Shown in pieces: positions 18,780 to 28,549 of a stretch of DNA of 64,000 nucleotides. A program made the position numbers and the translations under genes. A model generated the notes under the pieces. That model was not told where the DNA came from, did no database searches, and saw only the letters and a program-made list of their open reading frames with translations. This stretch comes from Bdellovibrionales bacterium (GTDB lineage Bacteria > Bdellovibrionota > Bdellovibrionia > Bdellovibrionales > JAMPXM01), in assembly GCA_043739185.1 (NCBI GenBank), contig JAYUEN010000332.1:1-64000 (forward strand), in the 5' to 3' direction. How positions within the stretch are numbered: the first letter of the stretch is position 1; every line of letters starts with the position of its first letter.

Positions 18780-19249
18780 TTTCTCTTAACTTTTTTACGT
18801 GAGGATTTTTTCTCGTAGAGGGCTGGCATCTTGAGATCTTTTGGCCCAAACCTTTGCAGGAGTAAATCTTTGAACTCATAGCATATGCGAATTTTGCGGG
18901 TGTCCCCCAACCAAACTCGCACCTCATCAGAAAAAAACTCAGACATCACTTGCAGGCACATTCCACAAGGGGGCGTTGAGGTTTTTGAGTCTGTCACAAT
19001 CACAATATCTGTAAACTGATTGCAGCCTTCACTTATGGCTTTTAAAATTGCTGTACGTTCGGCACAAATGGTCGCTCCAAAACTTGCATTTTCGACATTG
19101 GTTCCAAAAATAACCTCATTGTCTTCAGTTAAAAGTGCGGCACCCACCTGAAATTTTGAATAGGGGCTATAAGAAAACTTTTTTGCCTGCGAGGCAGCTT
19201 TATGCAAATCTGAGATTTTATTTAAGAGCGCGGTTTTTGAATTCATCAA
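18776..19249 (-). CDS. cdd: Cytidine deaminase (tetrameric type)
   Basis: YSPYSKFQVGAA, NVENAS, CAERTA, PCGMC. Confidence 0.94.
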   Translation of the reverse strand: MMNSKTALLNKISDLHKAASQAKKFSYSPYSKFQVGAALLTEDNEVIFGTNVENASFGATICAERTAILKAISEGCNQFTDIVIVTDSKTSTPPCGMCLQVMSEFFSDEVRVWLGDTRKIRICYEFKDLLLQRFGPKDLKMPALYEKKSSRKKVKRK

Positions 19250-19375
19250 AGGAGCCTTATTGAGATTGTGATAGACCTACTAACTGTCATACGACATAAT
19301 ATCGCTTTAGAAATGTCAATGAAAGGCTGAGTTGTGGCCTTTAATTCAGAGTATTTTAACTCTTTGGAGTAGCGC

Positions 19376-20185
19376 ATGCGACATTCAAAACATATTAAAA
19401 ACTTACTTCTTTTAGGCTGCGGATTTTATTTTCTTCAAAGTTGCACAAATTTAACTCTAAGGTTACCAGCGGCACGTTTTGAATCTCCGGAAAGCAATGG
19501 GAAGCTTTGGCGTACCGGTTTCGGCACCTATATTGCGGGCGATCACGAAGTTACAGTTATTTCAAATGCGGCATCTCGCCCTCCGGTAACCGATCAATGC
19601 GCGATCAATCGCGACGCTCAATCTTCGTTTTTTCTTAATATGGGAGTTGCGAGCTTTGTTGATCTTGAATTGCGAGCTGGCCTATCCGGTAGCGAATTCT
19701 TAGCAAAGATTCAACTCCTTGGTGCTTCGGTTCGAGACGCTCAAGAAGGAAACTTTTCGATTGCTGCAAGTATCGCAGGAGGTTCTGGTTCGGTTTCAAA
19801 TAGCGGCGATCAAGCAACATTATTTGGACCCGGAAATGCAACTTGGAATGCAAACGCCAGTTATTTTTCTCAAGATTTTGCGCTCATCTTCGGTTATCGC
19901 ATAAGCGACACCTTGTTGATTTTTGGAGGGCCCTTTTGGACCAATTACAATTCAACTGCCAATATTCACCAAGATGCGGTTACGAGCCCTGCTTCGCCAG
20001 CTGCCGATTATAATCTGACTCAAGCTGGCTCTAATAACGGCGGCAATCTTGCTATACAAGCGCATTTTTCAAAGGAACGACGATGGAGCTTCACCTTTGA
20101 AGAGGTCTACTCAAATTTGAAATGGACCAATGCCACAAGCACAACAGATTTCACGACCAGTTTTGTACTGGGTTATCTATTTTAG
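19376..20185 (+). CDS. Hypothetical lipoprotein / outer-membrane protein
   Basis: Lipobox-like LQSC; beta-strand-rich; C-terminal GYLF. Confidence 0.6.
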   Translation: MRHSKHIKNLLLLGCGFYFLQSCTNLTLRLPAARFESPESNGKLWRTGFGTYIAGDHEVTVISNAASRPPVTDQCAINRDAQSSFFLNMGVASFVDLELRAGLSGSEFLAKIQLLGASVRDAQEGNFSIAASIAGGSGSVSNSGDQATLFGPGNATWNANASYFSQDFALIFGYRISDTLLIFGGPFWTNYNSTANIHQDAVTSPASPAADYNLTQAGSNNGGNLAIQAHFSKERRWSFTFEEVYSNLKWTNATSTTDFTTSFVLGYLF

Positions 20186-20197
20186 GCCCAGAGGGCC

Positions 20198-21328
20198 CTA
20201 AAACATTTTATATTTTAAGAAACGACATTCAATTGGCCCATTGAAAACCGGAACCCTGCGTTCTGCTTTGAGCTTCATAAATTTGGTCAGTTCAGGCTCG
20301 CCCGAAAGAATCCAGCAGTCCCAGTTTTTAAATTCAGTCTTTAGAGTATGTGCCAAATTCAAATAAAGTTCCTCGAGCTCATCTTTTGTCGAAAGTCTTT
20401 CACCATATGGTGGATTGGTTACCATCAATCCCATCGGCACCGGTGCTTTCAAAGTTTCGATGGGGCCGCGTTTGATCTCGATATACTCATCAAGTCCCGC
20501 CGAATGCACATTAGCCTCAGCTATTTTGATTGCATCTCGATCTAAATCATAACCGTAAAATTTAAATGGCAAGCCATCGAGCTCTTCACTCATTGCACTC
20601 TCAAGTTCTTCGGCAAATTCTTCTTCTTTAAAACCTAAAAAATTTTGAAATGCGAAACTTTTTCGCAAAGTGCCGGGATAAATATTAAGCGCCATCAAAG
20701 CAGCTTCGATGAGAAAAGTGCCGCCACCGCACATGGGGTCCACGACAGGCATATCCCTTTTCCAATCGGTGGCAAGCAAAAGACCGGCGGCTAGATGTTC
20801 TTTGAGTGGAGCTGGGACCATCTTAAGCCCCTTATAGCCGCGCTTAAAAAGCGGTTCTCCTGAAGTATCTATGCTGACAGAAAATTGATTTTTTACCGCC
20901 CTCACGGCAATCGTCAAATCTGGATTTTTACTGTCGACATCGGGCCGTGATCCAAATTTTTCGCTGAATTGGTCAACGATAGCATCTTTAATTTTCATGG
21001 CTACGAAGCGCTGATCGCGAAAAATGCCACATTCTCGAATACTCGCGTCCACAGCTATGGTTTGGCCCACTTCAATGTATTTCGTAAAATCATGTTTTAA
21101 AATATTGTGGTAAAGTTCTTCAGGATTATAGGCGGGAAAATCAAGTATGGGTAATAAGATTCGTGTGGCAGTTCGCAATCTTATGTTGGCGCGATAACAG
21201 CCGGCCCAATTGCTTTCAAAAAAGACTCCGCCTTGGCCCTTTAATACCTTACTCACTCCAAGTTTAGAAACTTCGTCAAACAAAACATCGGTGAGCCCAC
21301 GAGAGGTCATTGCAAAAAAACGCGCCAT
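20198..21328 (-). CDS. rlmL: THUMP-domain RNA methyltransferase (RlmL-like, 23S m2G2445)
   Basis: LRTATRIL, DTSGEPLFKRGY, APLKEHLAAG, DPMCGGGT, TNPPYGER. Confidence 0.85.
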   Translation of the reverse strand: MARFFAMTSRGLTDVLFDEVSKLGVSKVLKGQGGVFFESNWAGCYRANIRLRTATRILLPILDFPAYNPEELYHNILKHDFTKYIEVGQTIAVDASIRECGIFRDQRFVAMKIKDAIVDQFSEKFGSRPDVDSKNPDLTIAVRAVKNQFSVSIDTSGEPLFKRGYKGLKMVPAPLKEHLAAGLLLATDWKRDMPVVDPMCGGGTFLIEAALMALNIYPGTLRKSFAFQNFLGFKEEEFAEELESAMSEELDGLPFKFYGYDLDRDAIKIAEANVHSAGLDEYIEIKRGPIETLKAPVPMGLMVTNPPYGERLSTKDELEELYLNLAHTLKTEFKNWDCWILSGEPELTKFMKLKAERRVPVFNGPIECRFLKYKMF

Positions 21329-21417
21329 ACTTAACCTTTACGATTCGAATTTTAGAACTGGCGCCAATCTTTACAGGGAAATCAAGATGAGCGCAAGATG
21401 AGCCGAAAATTATTCAC

Positions 21418-21538
21418 AGATGAGATTAAAATGAATGGGACCTTCGTTGCCTTCGTCGTCCGCTTGTGCGGCCCACAGGAAGTAGGCCTCCGCGCCTCCT
21501 TCTCGGACGCCTCGGTCGCATTCATTTTAATCTCATCT
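21418..21538. repeat. 121-bp element with perfect 20-bp terminal inverted repeats and a GC-rich structured core (MITE/REP-like)
   Basis: AGATGAGATTAAAATGAATG (21418-21437) and its reverse complement (21519-21538); internal CGTCCG/CGGACG and GGCC..GGCC pairings. Confidence 0.88.
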
Positions 21539-22143
21539 TACATTAGGTTGACGGGTCTTGAATGCGGCAAATACTCGCGCAAAATATTTTGAACTCGACT
21601 CCGAAGATTGCGAACAGAGCCTTCACTCAATTCGATCGCCGCGTGGCTTGAAATGCTTAGCTGAAGTAAGTGAGCCTCTGAGGACTCTATGGGCAATACT
21701 CCCTGATTACTTAAAAGTTTTACTTCAAAATGAAGCTTCAGCTTTTCAAGATCAGTTGAGTTCTCAATGCTGGTGAGACCATTTCCCAACAAATCAAAAA
21801 TGGCCCCTGAATGCTCATCGCCTTCGCGCATGATCTGATCGACAAGATGAACGAAATGTAGTCCCAACTGTAATTTAGAGTAGTCTAATCTTAGTTTCGA
21901 AAAATCTTTAATGATATGGGCTTCTGAAACCGTATGAAGTCCCTCATTTCCGCGCTTTTGGTAGAGCACCTCAATATAGTGGGTTGGCTCAAAAACTCCG
22001 CCACCAAAACGCTTCTTGCTCTTGAGTGCCGAGCGCGCAAACAAAGAAATCTTAGCGCCTTTTGAATTCAGGCAATGGATGATCAGGTCTGCATCACTGT
22101 ATTTGTGAAGCCTCATCACGAAGACTCGCTCTTTGATCTGCAT
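21538..22143 (-). CDS. recO: DNA repair protein RecO
   Basis: YSDADLII, ARSALKSKKRFGG, F-E-x-K-L-L pattern; GGAAG RBS. Confidence 0.85.
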   Translation of the reverse strand: MQIKERVFVMRLHKYSDADLIIHCLNSKGAKISLFARSALKSKKRFGGGVFEPTHYIEVLYQKRGNEGLHTVSEAHIIKDFSKLRLDYSKLQLGLHFVHLVDQIMREGDEHSGAIFDLLGNGLTSIENSTDLEKLKLHFEVKLLSNQGVLPIESSEAHLLQLSISSHAAIELSEGSVRNLRSRVQNILREYLPHSRPVNLM

Positions 22144-23104
22144 GACTTCCTTTACGTTGAATATAAAAAATAGCTCCGAGAAGCGCCCAGCACAACTGAA
22201 TCACCTGGCTCAGTGTAACTGCGGTCGCGCCAAAATGTGACTCTTTACCCAGTACCAAATTAAATAAATATAAAAATGCAACTTGGCCAACCCCTACTCC
22301 CGCTGGAGAAATCGGTAGTGCCATGACAATCATGCCGGCAGGAACAATAAATAAATAAAGCCCAAGAGCCAATTCGATATGCAGAATTTGCCCTACCAAA
22401 AAGAAAAAATAGGTGCCAATAAACTGAGAGGCAAAACTAATGAGAATAGCTGCAAAAAGCTCTCGCGGGCATTTGCGATACGAATGCAAACTCAAATAAA
22501 CCTGTCTAAATTTTGAACCAAATGGCAGTATCTTAAAAAACTTTTCAATAAAGTGGGATTGCCTAATTCGCAGAGAGAGCGAAAATCCGAAAAATAAAAA
22601 GAACATCATTGCCAGGGCGAAAATAACAGCCGCAATGGCCGTCAAAGGATGAGAGCTTTGAACGAGCTCCCAATTGAAAATTAAAGCTAAACTGGCAACG
22701 ATCGTCATTACAAAAAAGCCAATGGCGCGGTCCATGAAAATACTAACGGCAGCAGAATATTTATGTTCGGGCTGGTCCTTAACCATATAAACCCCTTTGA
22801 CAACATCTCCACCAACGCCGCCAGGCATGGCATAATTAAAAAATAAACCTATAAATGTGAGCTTAAAAAGCTCTAGACTCTTGATCTTAATACCTTGCCC
22901 AGTAACCAAAAAATGCCAGCGTATATTATTCAAATAGAGGCATAAAAACATGACCCCAAAAAGCAGACTCAACAGGCTCGGTCTGGCGATTTGTGAAAAG
23001 ACTGAGAAATCAAGGCTTCCTCGATGAACGAGATAGAAAATCAAGCCGATTGCGAGGGCTAATTTGCCAGTTTGAATGAAAATATTAGTAAACTTATGTT
23101 TCAA
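22094..23104 (-). CDS. Lysylphosphatidylglycerol-synthase TM / flippase-like membrane protein
   Basis: Multiple TM segments; RW..L, FFNYAMPGGVGGDVVK, DR, LPISPAGVGV. Confidence 0.85.
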   Translation of the reverse strand: MKHKFTNIFIQTGKLALAIGLIFYLVHRGSLDFSVFSQIARPSLLSLLFGVMFLCLYLNNIRWHFLVTGQGIKIKSLELFKLTFIGLFFNYAMPGGVGGDVVKGVYMVKDQPEHKYSAAVSIFMDRAIGFFVMTIVASLALIFNWELVQSSHPLTAIAAVIFALAMMFFLFFGFSLSLRIRQSHFIEKFFKILPFGSKFRQVYLSLHSYRKCPRELFAAILISFASQFIGTYFFFLVGQILHIELALGLYLFIVPAGMIVMALPISPAGVGVGQVAFLYLFNLVLGKESHFGATAVTLSQVIQLCWALLGAIFYIQRKGSHADQRASLRDEASQIQ

Positions 23105-23216
23105 CCAGTCTCCTCGTGTATTTCTTTAATAAGCTCTGAAAGTAGCCGCATTTTAGCTTAAAAGCAATTGAGTCAAGACTCAATTCATGAGATGAAAAGT
23201 GCCAGAGGAACGGATC

Positions 23217-24542
23217 ATGAATATAGGGGTTGTAGGTTCAGGATATGTAGGACTCGTCGCCGGGGTTTGCTTTGCCGATGGCGGCCATATGGTCACTTGC
23301 GTTGATCGCGATGATAGCAAGATTGAAAAGCTAAATCGGGGAGAAGTTCCGATCTATGAGCCCGGATTAGAAGATCTACTAAAGAAATCAAAGGAACGTC
23401 TGCAGTTTACTACCAACTTAAAATCCACAATTGAAAATAACAAAGTAATTTTTATTGCCGTGGGTACACCAGAAACTGCCGATGGCAGTGCGGATATGGG
23501 TCCAACAATTGCCGTCGTCGAGCAGATCTGCAAACTTGCCAATGAAAAAAAGTATATTGTTATGAAGAGTACCGTCCCAATTGGGACTGCGAATCGTCTT
23601 ATTCGGCTTTGTGCTGAGCTCTGCAAATTTGAAGTTGAAATTGTTTCAAATCCTGAGTTTTTAAAAGAGGGTGCCGCGATCGACGATTTCTTAAAGCCAG
23701 ACCGAGTCGTCATAGGTTGCCGAAGCGAAGCCGCACAAAACTTGATGAAAGAAATTTACGAACCATTTTTGAGAAATTCAAATCCAATTTTATTTATGGA
23801 TAATACCTCTGCTGAAATGACGAAGTACGCAGCCAACGCGTTTTTGTCAGTTAAAATTAGTTTCATCAATGAATTGGCATTGGTCGCCGACAAGTTGGGC
23901 GCTGACATCAATGATGTACGCAAAGGATTTACCAGTGATTCACGCATCAATCCGGCGTTCTTTTATCCTGGGGTTGGTTATGGTGGCAGCTGTTTTCCTA
24001 AAGATGTAAAAGCCTTGGTTCATACAGGGCAAGAGGCTGGTGTTGCCATGTCGGTTGTACAATCAGCCGATTTAGTAAATGACCGTCAGAAATTAGTCTT
24101 AATTGATAAAATGAAAGTTTATTTTGGTGGAGCTGATTCCCTAAAAGGAAAAAGTATCGCAATTTGGGGACTTGCTTTTAAGCCCCGAACCGATGATGTA
24201 CGCGAAGCTCCTAGCCTTGAAATTATCAAAGAACTTAGCCGTCTTGGTGCGAAGATTTGCGCTTTTGATCCGGTTGCAAAGCATACGGCTCGTGCCGCCA
24301 CTTCGGTGGCTTTTGAAATTGCCGATTCAGCAGAAGCAGCACTTCAAGAAGCTGATGCTTTGGCGATTGTGACCGAGTGGAATGAGTTTCGGACTCCAAA
24401 TTTTGAACGAATGAAGACCTTAATGAAGGGCAAAGCGATTTTTGATGGACGAAACATTTTAGATCCCAAAAAAGCCAAAGCCGCTGGCTTTGATTATTTT
24501 TGCATTGGTCGACAAGTATTGAGTGGGCGGAAAAACTCATGA
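23217..24542 (+). CDS. ugd: UDP-glucose 6-dehydrogenase
   Basis: GSGYVG, IAVGTP, KSTVP, SNPEFLKEG, GYGGSCFPKD, FKPRTDD. Confidence 0.95.
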   Translation: MNIGVVGSGYVGLVAGVCFADGGHMVTCVDRDDSKIEKLNRGEVPIYEPGLEDLLKKSKERLQFTTNLKSTIENNKVIFIAVGTPETADGSADMGPTIAVVEQICKLANEKKYIVMKSTVPIGTANRLIRLCAELCKFEVEIVSNPEFLKEGAAIDDFLKPDRVVIGCRSEAAQNLMKEIYEPFLRNSNPILFMDNTSAEMTKYAANAFLSVKISFINELALVADKLGADINDVRKGFTSDSRINPAFFYPGVGYGGSCFPKDVKALVHTGQEAGVAMSVVQSADLVNDRQKLVLIDKMKVYFGGADSLKGKSIAIWGLAFKPRTDDVREAPSLEIIKELSRLGAKICAFDPVAKHTARAATSVAFEIADSAEAALQEADALAIVTEWNEFRTPNFERMKTLMKGKAIFDGRNILDPKKAKAAGFDYFCIGRQVLSGRKNS

Positions 24543-25480
24543 AGCTGAAAATATTAGTAGCCGGTGGCGCTGGTTTTATCGGAAGCCACCTGTGTGAAAA
24601 ACTAATCAAATTGGGACATGAAGTGACGGTCGTTGACAATCTGGTCACAGGCCAGAGAAAGAATCTCGATGGACTCAAACTCAACTTTATTGAAGCCAAT
24701 ATTAACCTGAGCGAAAGCTTTGCGCACAAAAGCCTCCTCGGGCCTTTTGATCAAATATACAATTTGGCCTCGCCTGCTTCTCCAATTGATTTTCCGAAAA
24801 TGCCGATTTTCATTTTAGAGACCGCCACCCATGGCCACAAAAATTTACTTGAGCTCGCGCGCCGAACTGAGGCGCGAATTTTATTTGCCAGTTCGAGCGA
24901 AGTCTATGGGGATGCAGAGATTCATCCGCAAATTGAAAGTTACTTTGGCAACGTCAATAGTTTTGGCCCCCGCAGTTGTTATGATGAAGCCAAGCGTGTT
25001 GGCGAAGCCTTGTCACTCAGTTACAAAAAAGAATTTGGAGTGAATATTCGCATTGCACGGATTTTCAATACCTATGGCCCACGTATGCGCCCAAGTGACG
25101 GACGAATTATTCCGAATTTCTTTTCTCAAGCTTTGAATGGCAAAGCCATGAGCGTATTTGGAACCGGCAAGCAAACGCGCAGTTTTTGTTATGTAAGTGA
25201 TTTGGTCGAAGGACTCGTGCTCCTCATGCAAAGCAAAGTTGAAACACCAATCAATCTAGGCAATCCCATTGAGCTGAGTGTGCTCGAAATTGCTGAAAAG
25301 ATCAGGACTTTGACGGCAAGCTCGTCGTCTTTCGAATTTTTACCTCTTGGCGAAAACGATCCCAAACAAAGACGACCCGATATTTCAAAAGCTCGTGAAC
25401 TATTGAAGTATAGTCCGAGTGTAGATCTCGAAACTGGACTAAAAAATTCACTTCATTATTTCAGTGCCGAGACGAATTAA
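24539..25480 (+). CDS. UDP-glucuronate decarboxylase (UDP-xylose synthase-like SDR)
   Basis: GGAGFIGSHL, LASPASP, SSEVYG, PRSCYDEAKR, RIFNTYGP, TRSFCYV. Confidence 0.88.
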   Translation: MKLKILVAGGAGFIGSHLCEKLIKLGHEVTVVDNLVTGQRKNLDGLKLNFIEANINLSESFAHKSLLGPFDQIYNLASPASPIDFPKMPIFILETATHGHKNLLELARRTEARILFASSSEVYGDAEIHPQIESYFGNVNSFGPRSCYDEAKRVGEALSLSYKKEFGVNIRIARIFNTYGPRMRPSDGRIIPNFFSQALNGKAMSVFGTGKQTRSFCYVSDLVEGLVLLMQSKVETPINLGNPIELSVLEIAEKIRTLTASSSSFEFLPLGENDPKQRRPDISKARELLKYSPSVDLETGLKNSLHYFSAETN

Positions 25481-26502
25481 AAATCTAAGCTTTCGTTTTG
25501 CTCAGTCAAAAGTTCACTATAAATTTTTGCCAAAGTTTTTTTAAAATCTTCATTTAATAGATTCACATCAATTATAATCAAGCCACGCAAAGCTTCTGGA
25601 CTGTGGTTTTGTTTGTAAAGATACTCAAAAAGCCTTGCATCTTGCCATCGACACAGACTGGTGGTTTCAAACTGCTCTGAGTTTACCCCAGTAAGTTGAG
25701 ATAATTTTGTGATCATACTGAGCCCGTCTACACCATCACACAGAAGTACGCTGCGATCAAACACCCTAGTTTCATCGCGAAAAAAAGTACTAATTCCCTT
25801 TGGTAAATCAAGCTCAAAGGCTAAGACTTTGGCGCGATTCGACGCCGCCAATTGCTTGAGATTCTCAGTTTGATTTGAATTCAAGTTTCGCGTGGATTCA
25901 TAAAGCGAAATAGATGCAAGCGGCAGTTCTCTTTGCCAATTGACATTCAATTTAGGTGCGATATCCGGCCGAATTTTAGCGCGCTCACCTGCAATGACCA
26001 AGGTTCTATCTCGCGATAAAGATAAGATTAAAACTTCGTAATGCGATGGCAGACGCATACTTTCAGAAAAGTGTAGAAAGTTTGAGAGCCGAATATGAAA
26101 GTATTTTTTTTCTTTCAATTGCTCATCTAAAAAAGAAAAATCATGGCGTGCTGCCACGATCGGATCATCAAAACTCGTGACCAACAATAGCAGTTCTTTT
26201 GAAAGACCGGTCAAATACTCTGGCTTTGAGATTTCATCTCGAGAAAAATTTTTAATGGTCAATTCTCTTTTTGATAAAGAAACGGCCACCGAATCGAAGT
26301 CGGGGCCAATATTCTTAAAATGAGCAATGGTCTTTTTATGGGGGATTAGATCACTAAGTGAATAGCAAACTTCGGTGAGGGCTTGGCTTATACTTGTGTA
26401 AATCTGAACTGCAAACCTAGGATCATCTGCCAACCCAAGCAATTGCTGAAGTTGTTTATTATGTTGATTCCATTTTTCATCGAAGGGCAGATGAATATTC
26501 AA
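25477..26502 (-). CDS. Hypothetical protein, possibly a degenerate PLP-dependent class V (IscS/NifS-like) fold
   Basis: C-terminal GVDGLSMITKL..ETTSLCRW..EALRGLI parallels IscS GEAL..SGSAC..ARGSIR; no SxHK motif seen. Confidence 0.5.
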   Translation of the reverse strand: MNIHLPFDEKWNQHNKQLQQLLGLADDPRFAVQIYTSISQALTEVCYSLSDLIPHKKTIAHFKNIGPDFDSVAVSLSKRELTIKNFSRDEISKPEYLTGLSKELLLLVTSFDDPIVAARHDFSFLDEQLKEKKYFHIRLSNFLHFSESMRLPSHYEVLILSLSRDRTLVIAGERAKIRPDIAPKLNVNWQRELPLASISLYESTRNLNSNQTENLKQLAASNRAKVLAFELDLPKGISTFFRDETRVFDRSVLLCDGVDGLSMITKLSQLTGVNSEQFETTSLCRWQDARLFEYLYKQNHSPEALRGLIIIDVNLLNEDFKKTLAKIYSELLTEQNESLDF

Positions 26503-27023
26503 ATACCGGCCTCGTGGCGCTCTTTATCATCGAGAACCGTCAGCACGCCACCCTTGAGATTTGGTCGATGCGCGAGATGTTGAATATCATAAATAAACTT
26601 CGACCCATTAACTGCTGGAGTTTGCCACTCAGGCCCCATTCGAACGGCATCAACTGGACAAGCCTCCTCACAAAAGCCACAAAAAACACAACGTAAAATG
26701 TCGATTTCATAATGAATCGGATATTTTTCAACCGCCGGGTCTTTATTTTCTGCAGCAACAATATGAATGCATTCTGCGGGGCAATTGGTTGCACACAACA
26801 TACAGGCTGTGCATCGCAGGGATCCGTCTTTTTTTACGGTTAATACATGATTCCCTTTAAAACGAGAAGAATACTCATATTTCTCTTCAGGATAATTGAG
26901 AGTGGGCATTTTTTTCTTGTTTGCAATATTCCCAATCATTTTTTTCATGGTCAGAGCCATTCCTGAAAAAATTCCGAGAAAATACCAATCCGAAGCCGCT
27001 GATGGTTTCTTGACTTGAATCAT
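26499..27023 (-). CDS. nuoI: NADH-quinone oxidoreductase subunit I
   Basis: TLNYPEEK; two CxxCxxCxxxCP 4Fe-4S motifs. Confidence 0.94.
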   Translation of the reverse strand: MIQVKKPSAASDWYFLGIFSGMALTMKKMIGNIANKKKMPTLNYPEEKYEYSSRFKGNHVLTVKKDGSLRCTACMLCATNCPAECIHIVAAENKDPAVEKYPIHYEIDILRCVFCGFCEEACPVDAVRMGPEWQTPAVNGSKFIYDIQHLAHRPNLKGGVLTVLDDKERHEAGI

Positions 27024-28549
27024 AATTCACCTCGATGCGCTGTAAATTCATTGTGCACCATTTTTGAGAGCGGTGCTTGAACTTCAGAAATGGGGTTCTG
27101 GCCTTTTACGATTTCTGCAAAGGTCTGAAGACTGAGTGCTCCGGGCACGATATCAATCCCACGTCGTATTTTTTGCTCAATTCCTGCGTAATTCACAAAG
27201 CTGCCGTTTTTTTCAAAAAAGCTTTTCATAGGAATCTGCATTGAAAGTGAGGGAAGATTTTCAACTGCTGCAGTTTTTGTCGAGCTCAGCCAAACCAATC
27301 GCTTAGCCTTTGCAAAGAGCGCTAGCTTAGTTTGCAAATCCGTATACACCGCTTGATTCTCAGGAGCCGCGACCACAAGGGTGTCGATTTTAGCTTCAGT
27401 TAAAAGCTTTTCTAAATCCGTCCAAGAGTTTTGAACTCCATATTTAGAAAGGATTTGGCCGAGCCCTTTGGTATTCGGATTTTTGTCGCCGCGATTGAGT
27501 ATGCCGTCGAATTTTTCGAGATCATTTGGATTATTGATCCAATGATAAATCTGTGAGCTTCCCAAATTATTTTTAAATGCACCCACAATGGCATCGTACT
27601 CTTCAAGAGTATATTGGCCAGTCAGGACCAAAGCCGCACCTGATTTATTTGCATTGAGCTCGCTTGCTACTTTGCGCGCGGCCACTTCTGGTACTAAAAA
27701 TTCTCCGCGAGCGTTTTTAGCGTCAAGAAGCCGATGCTCCTTATTAATGTATTTGTAAATGTCGCGACCATCATCACACATCCAGAATCCGTTTACGGCT
27801 TTATTTTCTTTGGGTTTTACTCTGAAAACCCCTTCTTTATTATAGTAAAGCTTAATACTACAACCCGTCGAACAACCATTACAGACACTGGTTACTTCTT
27901 TTAAAAACCAAACTCTTTGTTTGAATCTGAAGTCTTTTGAGGTGAGCGCGCCTACTGGGCAAATATCAACCGTATTGACTGAGTAATTATTATCGAGCTT
28001 TTTGCCTGCAACTGTTCCTATTTCGGCGCGATCACCGCGATTGAAAATTCCGAGCTCATGGGTCTTACTCACTTCATCGGTAAAACGAACACAACGAGAA
28101 CATAAAATACAACGCTCGCTATCGAGCACCACGCGTGGGCCAAGATCAACGACTTTGTGTTTTTTAACTTTGGCTTCGGCCATCTCTGGAGTGTATTTGC
28201 CGTACTCCATATATTGTTCTTGCAATCCACATTCACCGGCCTGGTCACAGATAGGACAGTCGAGTGGATGATTGATCAAATGAAAATCAAGGCCCCATTT
28301 GACGGCATCTTTTACCATGGGGGAGGTATTGTTCACCTCCATGCCTTCGGTGATTTGCGTATTGCAGGCAATTTGTGGTCGGGGATTGCCCTTGATCTCA
28401 ACCATACAAAGTCTGCACACGCCGGCAATGCTCAAACCAGGATGCCAACAATAATGCGCAATATGTTGCTCAGCTTCGCGCATGGCCTCCATGATTGTGG
28501 TCCCGGGCTTTACTTCAAGCGCTTTACCATTAATGGTGCATTTGAGCAT
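27020..28549 (-). CDS. nuoG: NADH-quinone oxidoreductase subunit G
   Basis: HYCWHPGLSIAGVCRLCMVE, NHPLDCPICDQAGEC, RCILCSRCVRF, CPVGAL; start at ATG 28549. Confidence 0.93.
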   Translation of the reverse strand: MLKCTINGKALEVKPGTTIMEAMREAEQHIAHYCWHPGLSIAGVCRLCMVEIKGNPRPQIACNTQITEGMEVNNTSPMVKDAVKWGLDFHLINHPLDCPICDQAGECGLQEQYMEYGKYTPEMAEAKVKKHKVVDLGPRVVLDSERCILCSRCVRFTDEVSKTHELGIFNRGDRAEIGTVAGKKLDNNYSVNTVDICPVGALTSKDFRFKQRVWFLKEVTSVCNGCSTGCSIKLYYNKEGVFRVKPKENKAVNGFWMCDDGRDIYKYINKEHRLLDAKNARGEFLVPEVAARKVASELNANKSGAALVLTGQYTLEEYDAIVGAFKNNLGSSQIYHWINNPNDLEKFDGILNRGDKNPNTKGLGQILSKYGVQNSWTDLEKLLTEAKIDTLVVAAPENQAVYTDLQTKLALFAKAKRLVWLSSTKTAAVENLPSLSMQIPMKSFFEKNGSFVNYAGIEQKIRRGIDIVPGALSLQTFAEIVKGQNPISEVQAPLSKMVHNEFTAHRGEL

